From Paragordius varius (Eukaryota > Animalia > Nematomorpha): a DNA stretch of 64,000 nucleotides. The DNA lies in assembly GCA_964247055.1 (NCBI GenBank), contig OZ176051.1, positions 6,200,001-6,264,000 on the forward strand, given 5' to 3'. Below, piece after piece: positions 11,701 through 22,600 of this stretch. Position 1 is the stretch's first letter. Every line of letters starts with the position of its first letter. The translations under genes were made by a program, and so were the position numbers. The notes below the pieces were generated by a model. The model did no database searches, had not been told where the DNA came from, and worked only from the letters and a program-made list of their open reading frames with translations.

Positions 11701-13820
11701 ACGCATAAAACAATAGAAAATCCGAAGCGCCCAGCAAACACACTTAATTCAGACCAGAAAGTTAAATGTCTTGTATTTGCTGCAGATGCAATGAGAGAAA
11801 TATAAGATTGGATGGGATTACTGGTATAAAAACGACAAATCTTTTAAATGTGATTATACATCACTTAGTTTGGGACAGCAAGTTTCAAATGTGTTCTTCT
11901 CAATGCACCAAATATTGCGCCAACAGTATGGTAAAAACAAAAGGATTAGCAATGCATCCTCGCAATCAGTAGAAGGATTTACTTTCCATATGTCAGGCGT
12001 CGATGCTTTGGTGTGTAAAAGAGATAGATTGGAAAAGATAATCATTGATGCTGCAGCTAGACAGAATTTGGAATACAAAGCGTACGAAAATGATGATAAA
12101 GACAATTGGTATGGAACTATGGGTCCATTTGCAGGATTGATAGTTGGTTATGATTGCAGGTTCAAAGAACTGCGTTTAGGGCAATCAAGCTTTATCTGCA
12201 AAAAGGACATAAGCTTAATAATGCAGAAAGGAAAATATTGGTCAGTTCTTACGGTTTTCAGGCCAGACACCATGTGTTACTTGATGGGATTACATTTCCA
12301 CCTGAAAAGAAGGCTTCAATTGCACAAAGCGTGGGATTGGGAACAACAATAGTTGCTTTAAATAGAAACAAAACAGATTCTTTTAACACTAAATGGAAAA
12401 CTGCTTTAAAAAGAGCTATAGCACATTTTCCTGATGCTGAAGTGGTGACTGCCGTAGCATCTCACAGTCCTGATGAGTTGAAGCCCTTAGTTGAGGCCGT
12501 TTGTGACTTGGCGTTATTGATAAGTACTAGAGAAGCCAAGAGAGGTTATCTCAGTGCATGTCATATTATGAGGTACCTGTCTGAGGATGAAGAGTATAAG
12601 ATACTACATGGCAAATTACCTAAATCCCCATCAACTTTGACTGAAAGAGCGTCGAAGCTAGATTTCTCCGGGAAAGGTCTGTATTTTTGCTTGAACGGTG
12701 TCATGTGTGCATTGGGCTGTCGTGTTCCTACATTATACCTATAAGTTTATTTTTAAAATAAAAATATAATAAAAAAGAAAAATAGGTTGAAAAATAAAAA
12801 TACACCCAAAAATTGTGGTTAAATCAAAAGTTAAAAATTTTAAGGACCAACTTGAAGTGGTCAAGGAACAACTTGAAGTGCAAATGGTATATTAAATTGA
12901 AATTGTGAGAAAAAATACCGTGGCGCCTGTTCGATGTTAAATATCATGTTATCAATAATAATAGAGCTAATCAAAATAGAAAATCAAACACCTACCAATA
13001 GCCATGAAAATAGCATACCCTTTTAGCCAATTACAAAACCGAGATGACTAATATTAGCTCTCGTTAGTGTATTTCAAATGAGACATATACAGCAAAAACA
13101 AAATCTGATTAATAAATTTTTTTTTCTTTAAAAAATATATAAAAAGAAGCAGACGAAAAAAATATGATAAATTATAATGGTTATAATATAATGGTGAAAA
13201 AATGCGAATGATTCGATTTTTATTTGAATACATCGTGTGTTTTTCTAAATTTCTAATTAATTGAATTATAATTATAGTATTTAGGGCGCTGGACTTTTAC
13301 ACTGTTTTTAAGGTAGTTCATAAAACCGCGCAATTTTTTATTTTCTGTGTTGGCCCTTGGTAAGCGAGTGTTAAAGCTTTTTCAAATCTGAATAAATTTA
13401 AGTCCTTAACCTTCGATAAAAAGGAAAAAAGAGACTTTAAACTGCATACTAGCTTGTATATATTACTTGAAAAGGAAAAACTTAATATTAAGGTCGTTTT
13501 TTGAAACACATTAATTTATCTTTTGGCCTATACCCCATATCCAAAATTTTTGTTAACTTATAACCTCAAAATCTACAATATTTATAGATAACAAGAGCAA
13601 ACCCAAGAATATAGCTAATCATTTAACATCTAATCATAATAATAATAATATATCTACTGGCAATAACAAAAATAATGATAAATTGCCATCTTTACCCAAT
13701 GATTCAGAGTCACTAAATGACGCAAGTTGCAATCACATTGATTTAGAACAAGATGATAAGATTACCCGGAATCCGGCAGAAAATTCAAATAAAAAGAAAT
13801 CTAAGAAAAAGAAAAAATAA
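5718..13820 (+). CDS. Unidentified spliced gene, last two visible coding exons (5718-6255 and 13588-13820); low-complexity N/H/K-rich product ending [10 protein letters not shown]; upstream exons not resolved
   Basis: Exon 5718-6255 follows TAG, is open for 538 nt and ends in a phase-1 donor (TTA G|GT). Exon 13588-13820 follows TATAG, is open in the matching phase (G+AT=Asp) for 77 codons and ends in TAA. Confidence 0.6.
6465..6545 (+). mobile_element. hAT-like transposon left-end remnant
   Basis: CAGGGGTGTCCAAC is a typical hAT terminus. A related sequence (GGTTGTCCAACAGG..GTGGC..AAAATTTTGA.TGGC) occurs at ~57576-57650. Confidence 0.5.
6848..7007 (+). mobile_element. Probable short Ty3/Gypsy LTR (~160 bp, TG...CA)
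   Basis: Ends TTCA at 7007, 2 nt before TGGTGCCGT (truncated PBS, 7010-7018). Contains TATAATA followed by CAGT, and AATAAA near the 3' end. Its 3' ~80 bp is repeated at 8256-8337. The 5' boundary (TGTTGAG at 6848) is inferred. Confidence 0.6.
7021..8255 (+). pseudogene. Ty3/Gypsy pol fragment: reverse transcriptase + RNase H + start of linker; frameshifted, no integrase
   Basis: [73 protein letters not shown]. Frameshifts near 7560-7600 and a premature stop at 8043-8045 ([13 protein letters not shown]). Confidence 0.95.
8256..8337 (+). mobile_element. Second copy of the LTR 3' part (R-U5-like)
   Basis: Near-identical to 6928-7007 (TTTTTATTTTGGTTTTCTTTTTATCGCTCAACTCTATTTTAATATACCATATTG...CTTTTCA) with a few differences near the 3' end. 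Confidence 0.85.
8340..8357 (+). promoter_or_regulatory. Primer-binding site complementary to tRNA-His 3' end
   Basis: TGGTGCCGTGACCAGGAT, 2 nt after the LTR CA, is the reverse complement of ATCCTGGTCACGGCA-CCA, the 3' end of Drosophila-type tRNA-His(GUG) as I recall it. Confidence 0.85.
8426..9697 (+). other. 423-aa chimeric ORF: retroelement-leader-derived N-terminus (inferred) + unidentified segment + laminin-beta LE/coiled-coil fragment + 6 codons of antisense viral sequence
   Basis: A single open frame crosses at least two, probably three, unrelated sequence sources. Expression is unknown. Confidence 0.55.
9001..9678 (+). pseudogene. Intronless laminin beta-chain fragment, part 1 (last LE/EGF repeats and start of coiled coil)
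   Basis: [38 protein letters not shown]...[23 protein letters not shown]...CGQCFNDWD matches the laminin beta domain III/II junction. Some LE cysteines are lost (CTYKPG, CSGDSRG). Confidence 0.9.
9679..9812 (-). pseudogene. Viral nucleoprotein EVE: N-terminal 45 codons, antisense
   Basis: Reverse complement of 11581-11714 with ~3 substitutions. Confidence 0.8.
9810..10267 (+). pseudogene. Viral nucleoprotein EVE: internal fragment, copy 1
   Basis: About 99% identical (by eye) to 11868-12323; has an extra TAG in the downstream frame. Confidence 0.8.
10268..10446 (-). pseudogene. Probable viral NP C-terminus + 3' UTR, antisense
   Basis: Minus strand reads [45 protein letters not shown], resembling orthomyxovirus NP tails that end in a G-x-(F/Y)-F-x-G motif. 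Confidence 0.55.
10447..10948 (+). pseudogene. Intronless laminin beta-chain fragment, part 2 (coiled coil to Cys-rich beta-knob)
   Basis: Resumes with a 62-nt repeat of the end of part 1, then continues to [11 protein letters not shown]..., a frameshift near 10765, and [18 protein letters not shown] (beta-knob type motif). Confidence 0.85.
10949..11127 (+). pseudogene. Probable viral NP C-terminus + 3' UTR, second copy (sense, with small indels)
   Basis: Reverse complement of 10268-10446 at roughly 93-95% identity. Confidence 0.55.
11128..11582 (-). pseudogene. Viral nucleoprotein EVE: internal fragment, copy 2 (antisense)
   Basis: ORFs 11580-11113 and 11296-10745 reproduce the peptides of copies 1 and 3 with a few substitutions. 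Confidence 0.8.
11581..12710 (+). pseudogene. Endogenous orthomyxovirus (quaranjavirus-like) nucleoprotein gene, N-terminal ~375 codons, two frameshifts
   Basis: Reconstructed: [15 protein letters not shown]...KRLK...[14 protein letters not shown](fs)KIGWDYW...[26 protein letters not shown](fs)...[32 protein letters not shown]...[14 protein letters not shown]...LCDLALL...DFSGKGLYF. These motifs match quaranjavirus NP as I recall it; not database-verified. Confidence 0.8.
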
Positions 13821-16800
13821 TTTTCAGCAATCAACCCAAAATAAACTACTCATTCACATCCTTTTACCTTCTTCCTTTTTATAAAACCAACGAATATGAT
13901 GATGCATAATGAGTATATGCATTAAAATACGAAATTTGAGTGTGTTTGTTGTATACAATTGTTTGAATAAATGCATATTATTTGTAATTTTAATTAAAGT
14001 AGAGATAATGTTTTAATTATCTGATCATCGAAGCGTATCTCATCTCCAGTTGATTTTAGCCAATTTAGTTAATTGCATATATTTTAACTATTTAAGCTAC
14101 TTATCAACATTAAAAACTTGAATACTTAAATTTTAATCTGATTTCTTGAGTGTGATGCTTAAACTCAAGGGCCTGCTTAAATTATGATCGGCGATTTTAT
14201 TTTTACGCTAGTACCTAAGTTCTTATGGGCATTACATTTTATAATAAATCCATTAACAAGTTTTGGGATATTTTGCGATTAACGTTAATTTAGCGTAATG
14301 TGGACTTGGACTCAAAGGTTATAAAAGCGACTTTGAACATTTAAAAATGAAAACAAAAGGCTATTATTTAGTTAGAATGGGTTTCCATTTCAGATAATTG
14401 CTAATGCACGATTTTACACATTAATTAGTGAACGAAATTGGCCACCTCGAAAAAAATTTTATTTAGAAAAACGATGATTAGGATACTTATGCATCATCAA
14501 TTGCAATTTTATATTTTTGCCAACGAGCAAAAAAATGTATTTTTGTCCTTTATTTAAACTGGGCTGAATTTAAGCGTAATTGATAATAAGCCCTAACTAT
14601 GATCATGACGTTCACAAACTCATTTTAAATCGGACTACCCCAGGGAATTTGCACTACTATTTTACATCTTGATTGATACATGCATGTGTAATATGCCGGG
14701 TGCATACATAATTGGATAATAGAACTAAAAGACAATAGATTTGAACTTAACATTAGGAATCAAACCGTGAGAAGTATAGCAAGCTTATCGCTTGTGGTTA
14801 TTATAAGTATTGAGTAAATTGAAAATCTCACAATTTTTTTCGTGGACCGGAAATTACAATCGTGTAATTTGGTCAAACTCGCAGATAAAACACAAGGGTA
14901 TTAAGTCACATGATTCATTGAAAGCCACAAGACAATTGAAGGAAAAATGAAATGCATATTAAATTTTTGAAAGCTGGCAATAAATCTACATGTAATATAA
15001 GCTGAAATAAAAAAGTCTATTGTGTTATAAAATAAAAAATAGTTATTAGAGCATGCCCACAAAGTTATTAAAAAACATGATAGTGGAAATTGTAAATTTA
15101 AGCACTTTAAGGGAAAAACACCGGTCAGAGTGCTTTGATCGTGGTCATACTAGGTCTGAACAACTAAACATATGCTCGAAATGTTCAAAAATTTAAAATA
15201 AAAATAATTTTTTTAGATAATTATGACCCTAAAATTAAATATAAACGACGTATAGCATTAAAAACAGGGCTTTATGGCTTGAATATGTTTTCATTTTATG
15301 TACATTAAGTACATATTCATTTTTTTGATTATTTTTGGTTAATTTAGACAAATACTGTCCACTAAATTTACTTGATTAGCCTAAAAGAAAAATAATAGTT
15401 GGGTTCATTAAACATGGATAAAACAATTTTATTAGTTGCAATCTATACGTTTAAAGGATTTAATATTGAAAATGACTATTCAAATAGTATTATAATAATA
15501 TACAAAAATAATTTTAGAAAAGCAACCTAAAATTAAAGCCTTCAAAGATGGAAGAACAGCCAAATCACATGTACTTTTGATTTTAATTTTAAAATGAGGG
15601 TATTCGTAGCCAATAAAATATGTAGCAACGTAATTCCATTTTAACCACTCTTGTAAAACATTATTATATTGAAAAAAATATTTGACGCGACGGATAAATG
15701 CATTAAATATGGAGTTAAATTTATTTTAAATATTGTCCAGAATTAGGTTAAAGTACAGCCTTTATACACCTATATGAGATTAGATATTGTTTTGGCCAAA
15801 AACTATCCGTCTAGTTATTTAATAATCTTGTATGATATGGCATAATCGCTTTTTGACCATGTTTAAAAATCAATATCAAAATTTTAGGCCTAATTTGTGA
15901 TTTAAATATTGGATTTACCGTAGAATTAACATTTTGCATTTTAGACTCCTTAATGTGTTTTACAAACAAGACCCCGTTTTAATTCGAGGACCCTCGTTAC
16001 AAAATTATATTATTCATCTTTTCGGACATCCTTAAATACTTGTTTTGAAATATCATTGCCTTTATTATATTTTTAAATAGATTTATAAAGGTTAGAAAAT
16101 GGCAATGTAGGATAGTATTTGTTGCAAACTAACAAAAAATTTTAAAACGCCGAATTTAACGCTATTAATTTACTTTTATTCCTAAAGACCTCCCATTGGC
16201 ATTAGATAGAATATCCTAAAAGTATTAAGTCAAAAACTTTAGTTTTTTGATTTTATCACAACATTATCATTGCAGGTTTTTTTGAAAATTGGCATTTAAA
16301 TTTCATATAGTTTGCCTATAAAAACTTATTTCTTTTGTTTCGTCATTATATAATGAATGGCCTTTTTGACTGATTTATCATTCGAATTGGACAGTTAATT
16401 ATATTAAATGTAAGAAATAAATTACTGTATAATTTTTTTTCTTAATCCTTTCTTTCTCATAGGCGTAAGTAAAGTAAGTCAACTTAAGAAAGATTAAGGA
16501 ATTAAATAAATATATATATTTGCATAATCTAATACCATTTATTTTCTAGCTTAATTTTATCGGTTTCGGAAATTTATTATTTGATATGGTTAGTATTGTT
16601 GTATATATAATCATTTCATTTTATGAATGTTGAAACAATATAGCAAGTAATAAGTAAGGATAAAAGCCTATTAAGGGATAAAATATTCATAAAATTTTTG
16701 GCCAATTGTATAATTGGATTGAATCTTATATGTTTTGCACAAAAAAACTCATTTAAGATTTTATTACAGATCTATAATACTTTTAGGTTTCATTTCCGTT

Positions 16801-18274
16801 ATAACGGAAACATTTTAATTAAAGATTTAGAAATTTTACATATTGTTGCACAGTTAAATATTTTCGATATTTTAACAGACTTTTAGGCACCGTACATTTC
16901 AATATAGTTTTCCTAGCAAACTGCTTTTTAAATAAATATCTAACCTATTATTCTCTATATCAAATTTAAAATGTAAGTTAATTTCAGGCAAACACTTACT
17001 ATAAATTTTAAATCAAATATATTTTATATTTAAATGGCAAAAAGAATGTATACCCAAACCAACCAATTCATGTTTTATTATTTGTCTAACATTTTTTGAA
17101 AAGAATAATATTTAAAGTTTTGCCGTTTCAAATATAAGTATAATTATTAATACGAATATGAAATTTATTTTTTTATCCAATTTTATTATGAATATTTTAG
17201 CAGCAAAACATAGTATAAAATAGACAGTATCGGAACTCAAAATGGATTTCCATTGTCAATAAAAAAAATTAATAATAAGTAATTACATGCAAAATAAACA
17301 GAATTTTTGTTTATCATCACTTTGAAATGGAGGCCATTTTTGAAACCTGCTACAAAGAAGTTAATAAAATGAGTTTATATACTAAAAACCTAATCCTCGG
17401 TTATTTTTATGAAATTGGTTGTTTATTATTATCATAGCCTAAATTTTATTTTGTAAAGGTGAAATTTTATTTTTTAGCACATATTATATTCAATATTTTA
17501 TAATTTACTATAATTAATTAATAAAAATAATAATTATAAGTAAAGTAGCGGCTTTGATTTATGGATAAGTGATTATTCTAATTTTAACCATGCACTCATT
17601 GCATTATTGCATAAGTAAATGAATATATTAGAAATGCTTTGTCGGTTTTAACTTATTAATTATGTAATATAATGTCAAAATAAAAGAGTATTTAGATTTA
17701 GCTGCCTGTCTAAAATAATTTCGCATTAATTTGGTGCGAAGGCGCCATTTTTAAATAGAAATTATGGTGAATGAATGTGCTGAAAAATTAATAATGACAA
17801 AGCACGTTATATTATGTCGTGTAGAAATCCGTTTTTTTATGTTGAAATTGCGGCCCGGAAAGCCATTTGTTTTGGAAATTCCTGTCTTAAAGAGTCCGCA
17901 ATTTTGGATTATACATTCTTAAAGAGGGGGGAGGATTATTAAATATATAATATTTAGCCCTGTGAGTATTGACGGAGGGAACGATATTTTTGCCAAATTT
18001 ACAAATTCTATTGCATATAGGGATGATAAATTAGGATATTAAATAAATAAAAAAAGGTAAGTATGCATAAAAATGTTAAAAGAAACACATAATATAAATA
18101 TCATTTTATAAATATATTAAGATTTTCCGAATTCACAAATTCTATTAGATAATATTATATAAATAAAAAAGTACACAGGTAGAAAAAATTTATAAGGAGG
18201 ATATCCCATGAATCAATATAAATATACGTCTCATGGGTTATTCTATAAAATACCTCAACACTAAATCTTATATG

Positions 18275-19660
18275 ATGGCGTATTTTAGGGCATAAAGGCC
18301 CCAAATTAACGGCTAATAAACAACGCTTGACCCTAATTTTTACCTAATTACGGGTAATATTTTAAGCTAATAAGGTCATATGGCTTCATATATTCTGTAA
18401 ATTAGGTCCAAAACAACGCAATTTCTATATAGTAGCGCAGTTTTCGGCGGGTAGCTCCACTCATGGGCAGGTATAAAAAAAAGCGTTGTGGAAAATTTGC
18501 CTTTATCTGAGGAATATCTGGAAATTATCATTCCATATGTTCCTATAAGATCTTGGAAATATTTCTTAAAAACAAAAAATTGTTCCATGGGGGCGATTTT
18601 TCAGGGCGTAACACTTTAATTAGCGACTCATTAAAAAATCCCCTATAATAAAATATTTTTAAGGGGTAATAAATATTTTATGCCCTTATTCAACTCACCT
18701 AGTATCATAGGTTTTCTGAAATGCAAAGGCATGCTATACCGATATGATGACGCGGTTTTGCGCCAGTAGCCCCGTAACCAGGGGCGAAACAAAAAAGGCT
18801 AGATCAAAATTTTTCCCTTGGTAATATCTAGAATCATGATTGATTCTTTATGCTCTCGTATGATTTTCGAAAAAATGCCTCAAAACCAAAAAGTCATTCT
18901 ATGGTTAGCTCCCTACCCAAGGTTGATATAAAAAGCGCTTGATTAAAATTTTTGCCTTTTTACGGAGAATACCTGGAATCATGATTGATTCCGTACGCTG
19001 TCAGTTTTTGGAAAAATTGCCTCAAAACTGAAAAATCATTCTATGATGCCGCATTTTTCAGGGCGTGAAGAGCCTAATTAACGGCTAATTTAAAAAAACC
19101 GAGCGACCTACATTTTTGCCTTGGAACGTATAATATTTTAAGCACCTATTGAACTCATATGGCCTGATATGTTTTTTGAAATTTAGCCCCAAAGGCACGC
19201 TATTTCGACATGAGGGGCAGTTTTTAACGGGTATCTGTTTACCCAGCAGCCAATGAAAAAAAGACACACGACTAAAATTGCCTTTTAACAGGAAATACCT
19301 ATAATCCTCACTGAAAAAGGTCTCATACCTTGGGCAAAAAATAGACACAAAAAATTATTTTGTGGTTTTTTAGAAAAAATGGCATTTTACGGGGACAGCG
19401 GGTAAAAAGAGGACCTAAATTAAAAATGTGAGCCGACTATTTTCGGCGCAATCGAAAAAAAGTAAAAAACATCATATTTGAAATCAAATGGTCCAACGTT
19501 TCTGGAAAATTGTCTCTGCACTTCTGTTAAAAAAACGTTTACACGGGGTGCCCGAACTGGGGGCCTAATTCAAAAAACGGGCGAAGCTATTGTCGGGTAA
19601 TGATTGTTTTTTGACATTTGGATTTGAATGGATCTACGGGTTTTGAAGCAGATCACAAAG
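18275..19660. repeat. GC-richer degenerate tandem array, ~150-160 bp basic unit with a ~775 bp higher-order repeat
   Basis: Recurring GC(G/A)TTTT(T)CAGGGCG-like starts near 18279, 18594, 18752, 19050, 19382, 19537. 18375-18590 aligns with 19155-19370; 18810-18903 aligns with 18947-19045. Confidence 0.6.
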
Positions 19661-22600
19661 CCAGCATTTTCCATTTTTATAAATACATAGATTATATAAC
19701 CTACTAACCTTAAAAACAAAAATATTTACAATTTATTTTACTACAGAATTTTTTGCACGCTTAATAAAAAATTCAAATAATAGAATTGTATGAGAAATTT
19801 AACAAATAATGTGCAGTAACTTTCACATGTCAAAAATGGGAGGAGTATTAGCCAGCAAAAACAAATCAATCATAGATTTTGCAGAATATACTTTGGCTCA
19901 TATCCTCCTTTCATGACTTGGATACAGAGATTGAGTTTGTAATTAACTAGAAAGATTTCGATTGCAATGCAGTTTCGTGATAAAATGCTCTGTCTGATTG
20001 AATGATTTCTAAAAGATGATGTCTGTCTTACTCCGTAGGTTCAAGTTATATTTTGATATATGTACATTAGCGTTATAATTAATATAATTTGACAATTAAC
20101 TAATGTTTATTGGCAGTTTTTTGTCAGAGATAAAATTACATACACAATTTTTTGTATAAAACACAATTTTACCATAAAACTCTCATTATATATTACAGTG
20201 AAGATCCATTAAGTGTGAGGTCTTTTAACAAATAGTTCCAAAAATTGAACTAAATATATGCAAGATTCTTTTAAAGAATTTTATATTGAATTTTATCATA
20301 AAGATAATAATGAATGCACAATGAAAGGCTGCCTCACCACATGTTAACTTAATGCGTAATTAATGAGTCGAACAACTAAGTATGGTATGTTAGAAATAAA
20401 CGCTCTTATCTTCTCATACAATTTTAACAATGAATCCAAGCACACTAAAAGAGAAACCACACTCTAGTCGTTTTTTTTGCTTAAAAGCAATTCTAAATTA
20501 ATTATATTTTTTTCATTATTATTATTTAAATATTGTTGTGCATAATGAACGTAAAAATTCGTTATTATTAAAATTTTATACACAAATTCTTAAGAGAGAT
20601 GGAGAGACCATAAGGCGTCCCATTAAGATTGAAAAAAAGCTTTTATCAGAAATTTAATTTTGTCATCTTTTGTCATTAGGTTTCAAAAGATGCTTTTTAT
20701 TACGATTAGGTATCTACATTTTTCTAAATGTTAAGTGTTATAATTTTTATTGACGAGGACCTAAAGAAAAATAATGTTGCGATATTTAAACTCTTGTAAC
20801 ATGCTTAATTTAACATTTTCAAATAAAATAATTTTTGATTGTAGATATTCAAACGCTTGTAACAAGCTTAAAAGTTTAACAATTTAAATTTTGATATTAA
20901 AATTTTAATATGAATTCACAAACAACTTACTTTAGTTGAAAAATTTAATTAAAATTGACCAGAAAATTTCCCTCTATAAAAAAGCCTTTTTTAACTTGTA
21001 TTATGTTCTAGGATATATATACCTGTTAAAGGTGTTATGAATTGCGTGTGAGTTTAAAAGTAACAAGTTAAATTCAATTTAAATTACAATAATATTTAAG
21101 CCAATATAGTGAAATTTTATTTTATACCAACACAATCTTACTTGTTTTATATCAAAAAAAATTTTTTTTTCAAAATCTAAAATAAATATTTTAGGAACTC
21201 AATTAAAAAATTATATAATATGCATATATTTGATATGGAAAGACATAAGAATGTAATTATATCATGGTCCATTTAAAATAGAAAAAAAAGCATTTAATTA
21301 TGCATAAATTATATTATTATAACTATAATAATATAATCACATAATTGATTTTTGTGCACGACTGCATTTTAAATATTGTATAAATATATAATAATATCCA
21401 TTACAATTAAAACGACGCTTGAAAATATTAACAATAGATAGAAATAAAATTGGATATAAGGGAATCTAATTGGCGAATTAGGAAAATTTAAATATATTAT
21501 AATGTATTTTTCCATTTTTTATACATTTTCCTCTTGTTAGCCTTCTGAATAGCATTTCAAACCAATAATTTCCATTTACTATATATATAAATGTATTTAA
21601 TTGCATACCACACAGTATTATTTATTGTTCTATTATTTATTGTCCTATCCTATATAGTACTTAAAAAATACCAGAATAATTATAATATTTCTATTTATGT
21701 AATAGAGTACCATATTATGCGTCATTAAAATTCTTAGGATTCTTACAATATTTTTCTTAATATAAAAAAATGTTGCATATTCTAAACAAAAATATGCTAA
21801 AAATCAATGCTGCCAGTATTATTGGCGCGTCTATAATAGTATGATGTATTTTGGAACCCTAAAAAGATATATTTGTCACACAATAGGATATTCCTTTGTT
21901 GATATTTTTAAAATTAAATCATAAACTTGGCAATTGAAATCTTTAAGATTTTCAAAAATATTTTTCGATGCAGATTAATTGGAAAAGGTGTATGTTTTTA
22001 TTTGGACCATCGCATTTTAAAGCGGTCGCTCACTATTATCAAGTGACATTTTAAATTTCGGGCTCTAGCTATGTGTCCGAAACCCGAGAACTTTAGTATT
22101 TAAGATATTAGCCGATTAAACAAATATTGGATTTCATATTTTTTAAATTTTTTAAAAAATTGTTAGCCTTTAGATTTTGGTTTCTCTAGATAAAAATACG
22201 CACTTTATTGTTTAAACATTAAAGCGTTGGCAATGCGTCATGTGCAGGGAGACATTCCGTACATTTTTAAAAGATTTTTACATTTGAAGCCATGATTTAT
22301 TTGCATGCCTTCATTTTACTATTTTCATTTTCGTTTCGTCTAATATTTATTTATTGCACAAATTTTTTTAAATTTTTGGATTACAATCGAATTTTTCTTC
22401 ATCCAAAATTTATAATGCAATAATAAAATTATTTTACAGTTTAAATAAGAACAATATAACAAACTGGTAATAACATTTTTCCTTCCGTTATTTTTACGTA
22501 TTATTCATATCTCGCTAAGAATTTTTAAATTTACAAATTACCTAGCTACCTAACTATCTAATTTTCTTCAAAGAGAACTTCATATTCAAAGAAAGCAAAA

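Noticed and set aside
6848-12740. Intact autonomous LTR retrotransposon
   Set aside because: No recognisable gag, protease or integrase, pol is broken, and no matching 3' LTR, PPT or TSD was found.
12845-12885. 21-bp tandem duplication (GACCAACTTGAAGTG x2) and a 23-bp duplication at ~57710-57755
   Set aside because: Two-copy slippage duplications with no evidence of function.
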